Below are positions 49,631-59,174 of a stretch of DNA of 64,000 nucleotides, piece by piece. The stretch's first letter is position 1, and every line of letters starts with the position of its first letter. The notes under the pieces are model-generated. The model was not told where the DNA came from. It did not search any database and saw only the letters and a list, made by a program, of their open reading frames with translations. Origin of the DNA: Candidatus Spongiisociaceae bacterium (GTDB lineage Bacteria; Actinomycetota; Acidimicrobiia; Spongiisociales; Spongiisociaceae); assembly GCA_965219685.1 (NCBI GenBank), contig CBDCOH010000002.1:3296001-3360000 (forward strand), written 5' to 3'. A program made the translations under genes and the position numbers.

Positions 49631-50806
49631 CTATGGCCGCCTACCTGATCCCGCCACCTCACTCGCCAGTTCGAGGACCGTTACGGCTTCAATGTCCTGG
49701 GCGATCCGGTAGCGCTCATCTCCGGGGTAGACAATGAACTTGGATTCGGGACTCACGTCCTGGCAAGCGCTGTGGTAACCCCTGCGGGGGCGCGGGTTGA
49801 GGGAGCGCTTCACCTCGATCGCCCAAGGCCCTCGGCCGGGGAGCGTCAGGATGAGATCGATCTCTGCCCCGCCCGACGAGCGGTAGAAGCTCGCCTCGGC
49901 ACGGTCCGGGGCGACCGACAGGAGCGTCTCGATCACGTATCCCTCCCAACTCGCGCCGACGACCGGGTGGCCGACGATGTCCTCCTTGGAACCCAGGCCG
50001 AGCAGTGCGTGCACGATGCCGCTGTCGCGGACATAGACCTTCGGCGACTTGACCAGACGCTTCCCCACGTTGCGGCGCCATGGCGTGAGGCGTCGCACCA
50101 GTAGAAGGTCCACCATGAGGTCCAGGTTCCGGGAGACCGTCCTGCCGGACACGCCAAGCCCACGGGCCAGGGCAGCCGCGTTGAGGACTCCTCCCTGCGT
50201 GTGCCCCAGCATCACCCAGAAACGCCTGAGGGTCTCGGCCGGAATGCGGGGGCCGAACTGGGGAACGTCTCGTTCGAGGTACGTCCGTATGAAGTTCTCC
50301 CGCCACTCGAGGCTTCTGCGGTCGTCAGCCGCCAGGAAACTGTCGGGGAAACCACCCCGGACCCAAAGCGCATCCTGGTCACTTCGACCGACCTCTAGAA
50401 CGTCGAACGGACCGAGTTCGAGGTAGGCGATGCGGCCGGCCAGGGTCTCGCCGGACTGCCGCAACAGGTCCACGGAGGCGGACCCCAGCAGGAGGAACCG
50501 CCCTGCTCGCCTCCCTCTCCGCCTCCCGCGGTCGATGAGGCCGCGCAGGCTCTGGAAAAGGCCCGGCAGGCGATGGACTTCGTCGAGGATCACCAGCCGG
50601 TCCTCATGATCCGCCAGGTACAACTCGGGATCGGAGAGCCTGGCGAGATCCGTGGGGGACTCCAGGTCGAGATACACCGAGTCCACGACCTCGGCGACTT
50701 CCAGGGCTAGGGTCGTCTTGCCGACCTGCCGCGGTCCTATAAGCGCGACAGCCGGGTAGTCCGCGAGCAGGTCACGGAGCCTTGCGTGCAGGCGACGGGC
50801 GATCAT
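49631..50806 (-). CDS. AAA_14 ATPase with DUF4143 / restriction-endonuclease-like C-terminus
   Basis: GPRQVGKT, ILDEVH, GSAS, LAGR, KSPKVY.DSG and EIDL...IEVK motifs. Confidence 0.93.
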   Translation of the reverse strand: MIARRLHARLRDLLADYPAVALIGPRQVGKTTLALEVAEVVDSVYLDLESPTDLARLSDPELYLADHEDRLVILDEVHRLPGLFQSLRGLIDRGRRRGRRAGRFLLLGSASVDLLRQSGETLAGRIAYLELGPFDVLEVGRSDQDALWVRGGFPDSFLAADDRRSLEWRENFIRTYLERDVPQFGPRIPAETLRRFWVMLGHTQGGVLNAAALARGLGVSGRTVSRNLDLMVDLLLVRRLTPWRRNVGKRLVKSPKVYVRDSGIVHALLGLGSKEDIVGHPVVGASWEGYVIETLLSVAPDRAEASFYRSSGGAEIDLILTLPGRGPWAIEVKRSLNPRPRRGYHSACQDVSPESKFIVYPGDERYRIAQDIEAVTVLELASEVAGSGRRP

Positions 50807-50813
50807 CGTTGTA

Positions 50814-50841
50814 ATTATGGACCATCGTGCCGGAATTGCAA
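50814..50841 (-). promoter_or_regulatory. putative leaderless sigma70-type promoter of the AAA_14 gene
   Basis: TTGCAA-N16-CATAAT, 7 nt before the ATG. Confidence 0.45.
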
Positions 50842-50921
50842 GGTTGAAGAGCAACGGCACGCGCGATTGCCGGATACCCGCGACCGGCAGCAGGGCCGAT
50901 CGCGTGCATTACCGTTATCCC

Positions 50922-51680
50922 ATGGAAGGACTCTCCGGAAAGGTAGCCATTGTCACCGGCGCGGCCATGGGGATCGGCGCCCGGATAGTCGAACTTCTCG
51001 TGCAGGCCGGAGCGAGCGTCGTGGCCGGCGACATCGCCTACGGCGCGCTCTATGAGCGGTTAGGCGGTATCGGGAGGAATGTCCGGATCCGTCATGCCGA
51101 CGTCAGGCGGAGGTCGGACTGCGACGCTCTTGCCGCTACGGCGATCAGGCGTCTCGGCCGGGTGGACATCCTGGTGAACAACGCCGGCATCACCAGACGG
51201 GCGCCGCTGGGTGACACCACCGACGAGTTGTGGGACAACGTGCTGCAGACCAACCTGGCCAGCGCCTTCTACATGGCGAGGGCGGTGGTGCCGACCATGC
51301 AGGCCCAAGGAGGTGGCGCGATCGTCAACATCGCATCGATCAACGCCATCCGGGGCAACCTGGAACTCACCGCCTACGGCGCCTCCAAGGGCGGGATGAC
51401 CGGGATGACCCGGGTGATGGCCATGGAACTGGCGCCCGACAACATACGGGTGAACGCCCTCTGCCCCGGGACCGTCGACACGCCGATGAACGACGAGTAC
51501 CTGGCGGCGGTCGAGAGACCGGTGGAGACCATGGAGATGCTGATCGCCAAGCACCCGATGGGTCGCATCGCCACGGCCGACGACGTCGCCTGGGCAGCCC
51601 TGTTCCTCGCCTCGGACATGGCATCGTTCATCACCGGCGTTTCGGTTCCCATCGACGGCGGACGCCACCTGGGCAGATGA
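50922..51680 (+). CDS. short-chain dehydrogenase/reductase
   Basis: TGAAMGIG, NNAG and YGASK motifs. Confidence 0.93.
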   Translation: MEGLSGKVAIVTGAAMGIGARIVELLVQAGASVVAGDIAYGALYERLGGIGRNVRIRHADVRRRSDCDALAATAIRRLGRVDILVNNAGITRRAPLGDTTDELWDNVLQTNLASAFYMARAVVPTMQAQGGGAIVNIASINAIRGNLELTAYGASKGGMTGMTRVMAMELAPDNIRVNALCPGTVDTPMNDEYLAAVERPVETMEMLIAKHPMGRIATADDVAWAALFLASDMASFITGVSVPIDGGRHLGR

Positions 51681-51725
51681 AGGATCGGTGGAACCGCGGC
51701 AGGAGCGGGCGATAGGAGGAAGGCC

Positions 51726-52754
51726 ATGACACGGATGCGGGCCGTCATCTTCGGGGACGACAGGCGAATCCGGCTGGAAGAGGTCCCGGTTCCCGAGGTG
51801 GGACCCGACGACGTGCTGCTGCGCCCCCACTTCTGCGGGATATGCGGCACCGACCTGCACGCTCCCTCCATGACCGCCCCCTTCCGCTCGGGGGTCGTCA
51901 TGGGACACGAGTTCTCGGGGGAGGTGGTGGCGACCGGGGAGCAGGTGCAGGGATGGGAACCCGGCACGCGGGTGGTGGTGAACCCCAACGGGAACCTCTG
52001 CGGGGCGTGCGGGGCCTGCAGGGACGCCATGTTCAACCTGTGCCGCCCGGCCGTGTTCGAGAACGGGATCGGGATCCGCCACGACGGCGGCATGGCGGAG
52101 TACGTGACGGTCGACCCGAAGGTGCTGCATCGCCTACCCGACTCGGTCAGTTCCGAGCAGGGCGCCTTCGTCGAACCGCTGGCCACCGCGATCCGGGCAG
52201 TGCGGCGCTCCCGCTTCCGCCTCGGGGGCTCTGCCGCGGTGATCGGGTCCGGGCCGGTCGGCCTGCTGATGGTCCAAGCCCTCCGGCACGCCGGCGCCTC
52301 GACGATCACAGCAATCGAACTGTCGCCGTTCCGGCGCCAGGCAGCCCTGGACCTCGGAGCCGACTTCGCGCTCGATCCCGAGACAGAGCCACCGCGTGAC
52401 GTGTTCGGGACCGATCTCGAACCGCCCGAATTCGTCTTCGAGTGCTCCGGAGCCCAGGGCACCCTCGAGCTCGCAGTCGACATCGTCCGCTACGGGGGGC
52501 GGGTCGCCCTCACGGGTCTCCCCTCACGCCCAGTCGAGGTGACCGCCACCACGGTGATCGGCAAGGAGGTCGACGTCGTCGGGAGCATCATCTACGTCGA
52601 GGAGTTCCCCCTCGCCATCGACCTTCTGGCCAAGGGAGCCTTCGACATCGAGAGCCTCATCTCCATCGTCCTCCCGATAGCCCGCTTCGACGAAGGCTTC
52701 GAAGCCCTCGCCAACCCCGTTTCGACCCTGAAGGTCCTGCTCCACCCCGGCTGA
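51726..52754 (+). CDS. zinc-dependent alcohol/polyol dehydrogenase
   Basis: CGICGTD, GHEFSG, CGACGAC..C and GSGPVG motifs. Confidence 0.94.
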   Translation: MTRMRAVIFGDDRRIRLEEVPVPEVGPDDVLLRPHFCGICGTDLHAPSMTAPFRSGVVMGHEFSGEVVATGEQVQGWEPGTRVVVNPNGNLCGACGACRDAMFNLCRPAVFENGIGIRHDGGMAEYVTVDPKVLHRLPDSVSSEQGAFVEPLATAIRAVRRSRFRLGGSAAVIGSGPVGLLMVQALRHAGASTITAIELSPFRRQAALDLGADFALDPETEPPRDVFGTDLEPPEFVFECSGAQGTLELAVDIVRYGGRVALTGLPSRPVEVTATTVIGKEVDVVGSIIYVEEFPLAIDLLAKGAFDIESLISIVLPIARFDEGFEALANPVSTLKVLLHPG

Positions 52755-52871
52755 TACGACGATGTGAGCAGATGTGCTAGTGGCGTGGATGCCGGAGGAA
52801 CCCTGGGGCGATGAGTATGGCTCGGGATCGTCACCGCTACGCAGGCGAGAATCGGCCACGCTCCAGGTTCG

Positions 52872-52978
52872 ACCATAACGGCACCGGCCGATTCCGTAAC
52901 AGTCAGGCACCCACCATTACACGAATGAAAGGGTCCACTCTCCACCATAACGGAAACAGGCCGATTCCGTAACAGTCA
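52872..52978. repeat. pair of 34/35-bp direct repeats upstream of fic
   Basis: ACCATAACGGCACC-GGCCGATTCCGTAACAGTCA (52872-52905) and ACCATAACGGAAACAGGCCGATTCCGTAACAGTCA (52944-52978). Confidence 0.85.
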
Positions 52979-52996
52979 TGCTACGTTGGGCGTCTG

Positions 52997-54184
52997 ATGG
53001 ATTTCCAACGCTACACCGACACCACCTATGGCGAAGTACGGTTGGTCCCTGGGCTGGGATACAGGGCCTACTACCCGAACACCCTCGCTCCGGTTGTGGA
53101 ACTGGCCTCGGCCACCGTTACGTGCCTCGCCGATGCCGAGGCGGCCTTGGGACGGCTGGCCGGGACGGGCCGGCTCCTACCCAATCCACACCTCCTGATC
53201 CGTCCCTATCTCTTGCGGGAGGCCCTGGCCTCCGCCCGGATCGAAGGGACCCGGGCCAGCCTTCTGGGCGTGCTCGAAGCGGAGGCGGACGAGGCCGAGT
53301 ACACCCCGGACATCGAAGAGGTGCTCAACTACGTAGCGGCCATGGAGCAGGGCTTGGCCCGTCTCGACAGCCTGCCCTTCAGCCTCCGCCTGATACGGGA
53401 CATGCACGCCATCCTCCTGAGGGGTGTACGCGGCAGGGAGCGACAACCGGGAGAGTTCCGGACATCCCAGAACTGGATCGGACCGCCCGGCTCGACGATC
53501 GAGACCGCCCTGTTCGTGCCGCCGCCGCCCGACGAACTCGGCCACCTACTCTCCGACTGGGAGCGGTACGTTCACGAGAACCGGTCCGTCTCCGTCCTGG
53601 TGCAGAGTGGCCTGCTCCACTACCAGATCGAGACCATCCATCCATTCCTCGACGGCAACGGCCGGATGGGCCGACTGCTCATCGTGTTCCACCTGGTGCT
53701 CCGCCAGCGCCTACCGCAACCCCTGCTGTATCTGTCCTCCTATTTCGAGCGCCATCGAGATACGTACTACGCCATGCTCCAAGCTGTGCGAGAGCGAGGC
53801 GATCTCGACGGCTGGCTTCGCTTCTATCTGAGAGGAGTCGAGACCCAGGCCAACGACGCTGTCATTCGCGCCGAGCGCCTGATCGATCTCCGGGAGTCCT
53901 ACAGAACTCGGGTCATCGAGTCGACGCGTGGCCAGGCAATATCCTTGGTCGACGCCCTATTCGCCAACCCGATAATCACCGCACCGCGGGTCGAGCGCAT
54001 GCTGGACGTCACGCGGCCCACCAGCCTGCGGATCCTGGACCGGCTGCGCGGACTGGAGATCCTGACCGAGACCGCGCCGGGAGCCCGGCGCCAGCGCCGC
54101 TTCATGGCTGCAGAGATCTTGAATGTGCTCGAAGACGAAGAACCCGGCAGCCCCAAGCCGACGGTCACGGCGGAGAGACGCTGA
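52997..54184 (+). CDS. Fic family protein with an N-terminal inhibitory motif and a C-terminal HTH
   Basis: SARIEG (S/TxxxEG), HPFLDGNGRMGR and a C-terminal wHTH-like region. Confidence 0.94.
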   Translation: MDFQRYTDTTYGEVRLVPGLGYRAYYPNTLAPVVELASATVTCLADAEAALGRLAGTGRLLPNPHLLIRPYLLREALASARIEGTRASLLGVLEAEADEAEYTPDIEEVLNYVAAMEQGLARLDSLPFSLRLIRDMHAILLRGVRGRERQPGEFRTSQNWIGPPGSTIETALFVPPPPDELGHLLSDWERYVHENRSVSVLVQSGLLHYQIETIHPFLDGNGRMGRLLIVFHLVLRQRLPQPLLYLSSYFERHRDTYYAMLQAVRERGDLDGWLRFYLRGVETQANDAVIRAERLIDLRESYRTRVIESTRGQAISLVDALFANPIITAPRVERMLDVTRPTSLRILDRLRGLEILTETAPGARRQRRFMAAEILNVLEDEEPGSPKPTVTAERR

Positions 54185-54330
54185 ACCATGACTGATTCGG
54201 CTGCTTCTGGCCAGATCCCTTGGAACTACTCGTCTAGAAACGCAAGGGTTGGATCCGAGACTGGCGCGTCCGTGCCCGTCGGGAAGCCGTCTGGGGCGGC
54301 GCTGTTGTTCCGATCCTCGGGACCTCCCGG

Positions 54331-55293
54331 TCAGACCAGGACTGGCTCCATGCGACCGTCGCGCCACCGGATGGTCGCGACGGTGTAGCCGACCTGCCGC
54401 CAGTTCTCGTCAAGGTCGAAGTCGCCCAGCAGGGTGGATGTCCGCCAGGCCGCCACCTCGTCACGGTCCATCCTGCATCGGTGTGCTCGGGCGGCGAGGA
54501 AGCCGGCCGCGGCCGCCTGGGCCGCCACGTATCCGGGCTGCGTTCCGAAGACCTCTTCGTATAGGTACCCGAAGCTGACCCCTGACGGCCCGATGTCGGG
54601 CCGGTCGGACGCGGGGATCCACTGGGTGGGTCCGATCACGCCGTCAGCGGACGGCCCGAGCCGCTCGCCGAACTGGGGTACCCCCGCCGCGACGCATCCG
54701 AGCATCGCGGGCTGGGGCTCACCGTCCCTGATGCGACCAACCAACGACACATCCTCCTGGAATCCTGCCGTGACCAGGATGGCGGCCCCGGGATCGACAC
54801 CGGCCAGACGGTCGACCCCGATGACGAGTTCGGGGCTGATTCCCAGCCGCCTGGCCTCGTCGCGGGCGCCCTTGGCCACCATGGCGGCGAAGGGTCCCTT
54901 GCCCGTGACTATCGACACACGACGGATCCCCGACCTTTCGCAGTGGCGTACCGCACCCACCAGGTAGGTGGAAGCCCTTGCAACCACCTGAACGACTCCG
55001 GGCCGGATCAGGTCGTCCGCCGATCCCCCGTGGTTCCAGAGCATCCTGCCGGTGGCGCCGACCGCTGGGAGTATCCGGCGAACCAGGCCGCTCCCGTACG
55101 GTCCGAGCACGATGTCGGTACGGTCCTCCCGCAACCAACGGTGGTATGTCTCGGTCACCGACCGTTCGCCCAATCCCTCCAAGAGGTCGAGTTCCACGCC
55201 CTCGAGGCGGGCCCACAGCTCTAACCCTTGGGCAGCCTCAACCCCCTGCATGGCCAGGGCTCCGCGCCGGACGATCAACGCCGCAGCCCGCAT
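54331..55293 (-). CDS. branched-chain-amino-acid-type periplasmic-binding-fold protein lacking a signal peptide
   Basis: GLELWA, LGPYGSG, LWNHGG and YVAAQA motifs; no hydrophobic leader. Confidence 0.75.
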   Translation of the reverse strand: MRAAALIVRRGALAMQGVEAAQGLELWARLEGVELDLLEGLGERSVTETYHRWLREDRTDIVLGPYGSGLVRRILPAVGATGRMLWNHGGSADDLIRPGVVQVVARASTYLVGAVRHCERSGIRRVSIVTGKGPFAAMVAKGARDEARRLGISPELVIGVDRLAGVDPGAAILVTAGFQEDVSLVGRIRDGEPQPAMLGCVAAGVPQFGERLGPSADGVIGPTQWIPASDRPDIGPSGVSFGYLYEEVFGTQPGYVAAQAAAAGFLAARAHRCRMDRDEVAAWRTSTLLGDFDLDENWRQVGYTVATIRWRDGRMEPVLV

Positions 55294-55309
55294 CTCAGCC
55301 CCCAACCGG

Positions 55310-56530
55310 TTACTCGAGACGGCCTGCTCGATCCGGGAAGACCGAGTCCCCCGCCCCGTATAGCCCGAACCGGAGGCGAGGGTCGCCCGGAACCCAGTCG
55401 TGACGGAACTGGCTCCCGTCACCGATCCACCGGGCCCTCTCAAGCAGGGCATGGCCCATCGCGAGTTGGCGCGGTTCCCAGGCGGCCAAGGCCGTATCGA
55501 CATCCCCTTGCGCTTCCCGCAGGGCGTCACGCAGCGCCCAGGCGTCGGCGCAGGCCTTGGCGGTTCCCGCGCCGGCATGTGGACGGACGGAGATGGCTCC
55601 GTCCCCCATTAGACAGATGCGCCCGAAAGCCATCCGGTCCACCGCTACGTCGAAGATGACCTGGACGAAGGGGTTGGCGGTCTCGTTCACCACCTCGGCG
55701 AGGGCGGGGGGAAACCGTTCGGTGGCGTACTGCCTGGTCCAGGCCACGTGCTCGTCCCGCATGAAGCCCGGCGGGACGGAGGATTCGCGCCTGGCTCCCG
55801 TTCGGTCGGTGAGGAGGTCGTCCAGATCCTCTCCCTCGTTGTAGTTGTGGTACCAGACGAACCCCTGGACGCGGCGGCCCGGTTCCAGTTCGCCGCGGAG
55901 GCCCGGGATGGGATACACGAGGAAGTGACCCTCGTCGCTCAGGTAGTAGGTAATCGCATCGCCCAGCCGTGCCGCCGTCCGGGGCGAGAGCGCCGACTCG
56001 GGAATCGTGCCGCGCCAAGCCACGTACCCTGCATAGTCGGGCTCTATGTGGGGTTGCAGGATCGCCCGCGCCCGTGACGAGACCCCGTCGGCGCACACGA
56101 CCATGTCGGCGCTGAACGTGTCGCCGCCGGCCAGATGGATCGTTGCCCGGTCCGAGTCCTGGTCAAGGGCGACCATCTCGTATCCGAGGTGGTAACGGTC
56201 ACGGTCGAAGTGGTCCAGGAGGTTCCGGTAGATGGTGTTCCAGGAACTGAACCGGTAGTTCCTCCGCTCCTCGTGACGGGTGGATCCGTCGCGGTCGAGG
56301 AACCTGAGCCAGGGCAACTCCACCGCGACCTTGGCCACGTCCAGCGGGCGGTGTTCCTCGAAGTACCGGACCGTCACCGGGTGCAGGACTATGCCCGCGC
56401 CGCGGGCCTCCAACTCCGCGGTGGAACGTTCGAAGACATCCACCTCGCATCCGAGGTCCCGCAGCACCAGGGCTACGGTCAGGCCCCCGACCGATCCGCC
56501 CACGACCGCGACTCGCGGAAGGGAACTCAT
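55310..56530 (-). CDS. FAD-dependent monooxygenase, 2,6-dihydroxypyridine 3-hydroxylase-like
   Basis: RVAVVGGSVGGLT, YAGYVAWRG, YPIPG, DLDDLLTD and GDGAISVRPHAGAGTAKA motifs. Confidence 0.85.
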   Translation of the reverse strand: MSSLPRVAVVGGSVGGLTVALVLRDLGCEVDVFERSTAELEARGAGIVLHPVTVRYFEEHRPLDVAKVAVELPWLRFLDRDGSTRHEERRNYRFSSWNTIYRNLLDHFDRDRYHLGYEMVALDQDSDRATIHLAGGDTFSADMVVCADGVSSRARAILQPHIEPDYAGYVAWRGTIPESALSPRTAARLGDAITYYLSDEGHFLVYPIPGLRGELEPGRRVQGFVWYHNYNEGEDLDDLLTDRTGARRESSVPPGFMRDEHVAWTRQYATERFPPALAEVVNETANPFVQVIFDVAVDRMAFGRICLMGDGAISVRPHAGAGTAKACADAWALRDALREAQGDVDTALAAWEPRQLAMGHALLERARWIGDGSQFRHDWVPGDPRLRFGLYGAGDSVFPDRAGRLE

Positions 56531-56567
56531 GGATTCGCCCCGGCCGGAGAGGAGCCGGGACTCCCGA

Positions 56568-57089
56568 TCAGGGCTGGCCGAAGGTCGAGACCTTGTCCAC
56601 CCGGCATTCGAACAGGACCCTGCGCTCGTCGATGGACGGATCGCGCAGTCCGTAGGGCGGCTCGGCGCCCGTGTACTTGGTCCAGATCCCATCCAGTTGA
56701 GCGGTGACACGCGCACCCTCGTCGGGATCGTCCTCGCTGATCTCCCGTTCGGCGGTGACCTTCATCGACACCCAGTGGTACGGGTTCTCAGGATTGATAA
56801 GGATTAGGGAGACCTCCGGGTTCGCCCTGATCCAGGAGGTCTTCTTGCGTTGGGCGGCGACGTTGACCAGGACCTTGTCGTCCTCGTAGTCGAACCACAT
56901 CGCGGTGAGGCTCGGCCGGCCGTCGGCGGCTATGACGCTCATTACGGCGGTGACCTGCTCGTCGAGCAGCCGCTTGTAGATCGGGTTCAGATCGTTGAGA
57001 CTGTCGATCTCGCTGCGGCCACCGATGCCGAATTGGCCGGCCTGCAATCCTCCCGATACGTCTAGGAACTCGTAGAGCCTGATGCCCAT
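56568..57089 (-). CDS. PPOX-class (F420/FMN split-barrel) oxidoreductase
   Basis: DGRPSLTAMWF and RKKTSWIRANPEVSL motifs; AGGAGG RBS. Confidence 0.85.
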   Translation of the reverse strand: MGIRLYEFLDVSGGLQAGQFGIGGRSEIDSLNDLNPIYKRLLDEQVTAVMSVIAADGRPSLTAMWFDYEDDKVLVNVAAQRKKTSWIRANPEVSLILINPENPYHWVSMKVTAEREISEDDPDEGARVTAQLDGIWTKYTGAEPPYGLRDPSIDERRVLFECRVDKVSTFGQP

Positions 57090-57163
57090 GGGTAGTGCCT
57101 CCTAAGTTGGTCGATGGGGCCAGATCGTACTCCCCTGCAAGGGTGCAGGGTTCGCCGGGGAGT

Positions 57164-58750
57164 TCAGCCGCGCGCGGTCTCGATGACGTGCGTGTAGACC
57201 TCCGGGCTGACCCGGGCGTCGATCAGCTTCGGACCTCTTCCGGCAGCCAGGGCCCGTCTCACCTGGTCGGGCTCCGTGGCCACGTACCCGTCCATGCCCA
57301 GCCCCCGAGCCACTGTCGCGAAGTCGGAGGGTCCGTAGCGGTACGGCCTGACGCCCTCGGCGCCCTGGCCGTCCTGCTTGATCTCGATGAGGCTAAGCGC
57401 CGAGTCGTTGAACACCACCACGGTGACATCGAGGTCCAGCCGAGCCACCGTCTCCAACTCGGCCAGCGCCATCCCCAGCCCGCCGTCACCGGTCAGGCAG
57501 AGCACCGGCCTCCGCGGCCGGGCGAGGGCGGCGCCGACCGCGGCGGGGAGGGCGAAGCCCATGGTGGCGAGCCCGTTGGAGATGAGCAGGTCGAGCGGGC
57601 GGCTCACGCGCCAGAGCGGCATGATCACCAGGAAGTGGGCGCCCGCGTCGACCGTCACGATCGGATCGTCCGGACCGGCCTCGGCGACCGCGTCCATCAA
57701 CTCGAACGGGGAGAACCCCCGGCTCTCCCCACGCAGGTCCTCCAGGACCCGGCTGTTGTGCGCGGGTCCCGCCCCCTTGGGCCAGGTCGTCGAGAACGCG
57801 GTCCGGAGAGCCCTCAGCGACCCGTCGACCGGACCGTTCACCTCGACGGCCACCGGGTAGTAGGAGTCGCTGAGCGGACGGTGGTTGAGAGCCAGCACCG
57901 GCGTGCTGTACGGCCAGGGACGGGCCAGCGGCTCCACCGGATCGAGTTCCACGGCGACGATCAGGTCGGCGGCTTCGACCAGGGGTCGCTCCGACAGTGC
58001 GTTGGTGAACAGGCCCCCGTAGCTGGGTGACGTGTCGGGGATGACCCCCTTCGCCTGGTAGGTGACCAGGGCCGGGACGCCGAGGCTCTCGACAAGGCTG
58101 TGTACTTCCCCTGCGTCGGGGGCGGCCGCGGCCCCCACCAGGAACAGCGGCCGGTTTGACGAGGCGATCATCCTCCGGGCCGCTTCAAGAGCCTGCGGGT
58201 CCGGCCGGGGCAGCGGAGGCGGCTCGGGAGGGAGGACTCCCGGCGCGGTGAGATCGAAGTCCAGATGCACGGCGCCGGCGGGGGGATCGACCGCGAGGCG
58301 GGTAGCGCGTTCCACTACCTCTGCCGGGTTCGCGTAACCCAGCGTCCCGGTCCACTTGGTGAGGGGCGCCATGATCGCGTTCTGGTCGAGTCTCTGGTGG
58401 ACGAACCTCTCCCGTTCGGCAGCAGGAACCGCGTCGCTGAGCAGGACCACCGGAAAGCGATCGAGGGTGGCCTGGGCCATCCCGTTGGCCGCCGAGGTCA
58501 CGCCGGGCCCCCGCGTCACCGCCGCCAGTCCCGGCGACCGGGTCAGCTTGCCGTAGACCCCGGCGGAGATGCAGGCGGCGGTCTCACCATGGGTGAGGAC
58601 GAACCGGATACCTGCCTCGGCGCCCTTCTCGATCATATCGATGTTCGGCCCGCCGCCGGGAACGCCGAACATGAGATCGGCGCCGGCCGCAGCGAACTGC
58701 GACATGGCGACCTCGGCTAGAGAACCCGCTCCGCCCATCAGGCCCGACAA
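57164..58750 (-). CDS. thiamine-pyrophosphate enzyme (acetolactate synthase-like)
   Basis: FGVPGGG, THGETAA, TRGPG, SNGLATMG and GDGG...NDS motifs. Confidence 0.9.
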   Translation of the reverse strand: MSGLMGGAGSLAEVAMSQFAAAGADLMFGVPGGGPNIDMIEKGAEAGIRFVLTHGETAACISAGVYGKLTRSPGLAAVTRGPGVTSAANGMAQATLDRFPVVLLSDAVPAAERERFVHQRLDQNAIMAPLTKWTGTLGYANPAEVVERATRLAVDPPAGAVHLDFDLTAPGVLPPEPPPLPRPDPQALEAARRMIASSNRPLFLVGAAAAPDAGEVHSLVESLGVPALVTYQAKGVIPDTSPSYGGLFTNALSERPLVEAADLIVAVELDPVEPLARPWPYSTPVLALNHRPLSDSYYPVAVEVNGPVDGSLRALRTAFSTTWPKGAGPAHNSRVLEDLRGESRGFSPFELMDAVAEAGPDDPIVTVDAGAHFLVIMPLWRVSRPLDLLISNGLATMGFALPAAVGAALARPRRPVLCLTGDGGLGMALAELETVARLDLDVTVVVFNDSALSLIEIKQDGQGAEGVRPYRYGPSDFATVARGLGMDGYVATEPDQVRRALAAGRGPKLIDARVSPEVYTHVIETARG

Positions 58751-58754
58751 CTGC

Positions 58755-59123
58755 TCAGGCGTAGAGCTCGACGGTCATGAACCGTATCTCGGTATCCCCG
58801 TAGTTCTCGAAGTCGTGGATCATGTGGTTCCCGCCGGAATGGTCGCCGAAGCTGGTATCTCCCACCTCGTAACGGCGCACCACGTAGGTGCCGTCGTCCG
58901 TCCGCTGGCGACCGATCCCGGCATCTACCACAGTCCAGAAGTACGGCTTGTCGTGGATGTGGAAAGCACCTCGCTCACCCGGCTGGAGCCTTATCTCCCA
59001 CACTCCCACCCGTTCGTTCTCGAACACGAGTTTGGTTCCCACATCGTGGTTGGTCGGAGCCGCAGCCAACTCGTCTTCATAGTCGGCCAGGTCGAACGTC
59101 CCCTCCTCGATTACTTCCGGCAT
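58755..59123 (-). CDS. cupin domain protein
   Basis: FENERVGVW.....PGE...FHIH...H..EN pattern; GAGGAGG RBS. Confidence 0.85.
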   Translation of the reverse strand: MPEVIEEGTFDLADYEDELAAAPTNHDVGTKLVFENERVGVWEIRLQPGERGAFHIHDKPYFWTVVDAGIGRQRTDDGTYVVRRYEVGDTSFGDHSGGNHMIHDFENYGDTEIRFMTVELYA

Positions 59124-59174
59124 GGATCCTCCTCGGCGTTTCTGTGATCGTGCCCGTAATCGTAGGATGCGGTC

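Noticed and set aside
52872-52978. CRISPR array
   Set aside because: Only two non-identical repeats and no cas genes in the window; kept as a direct repeat.
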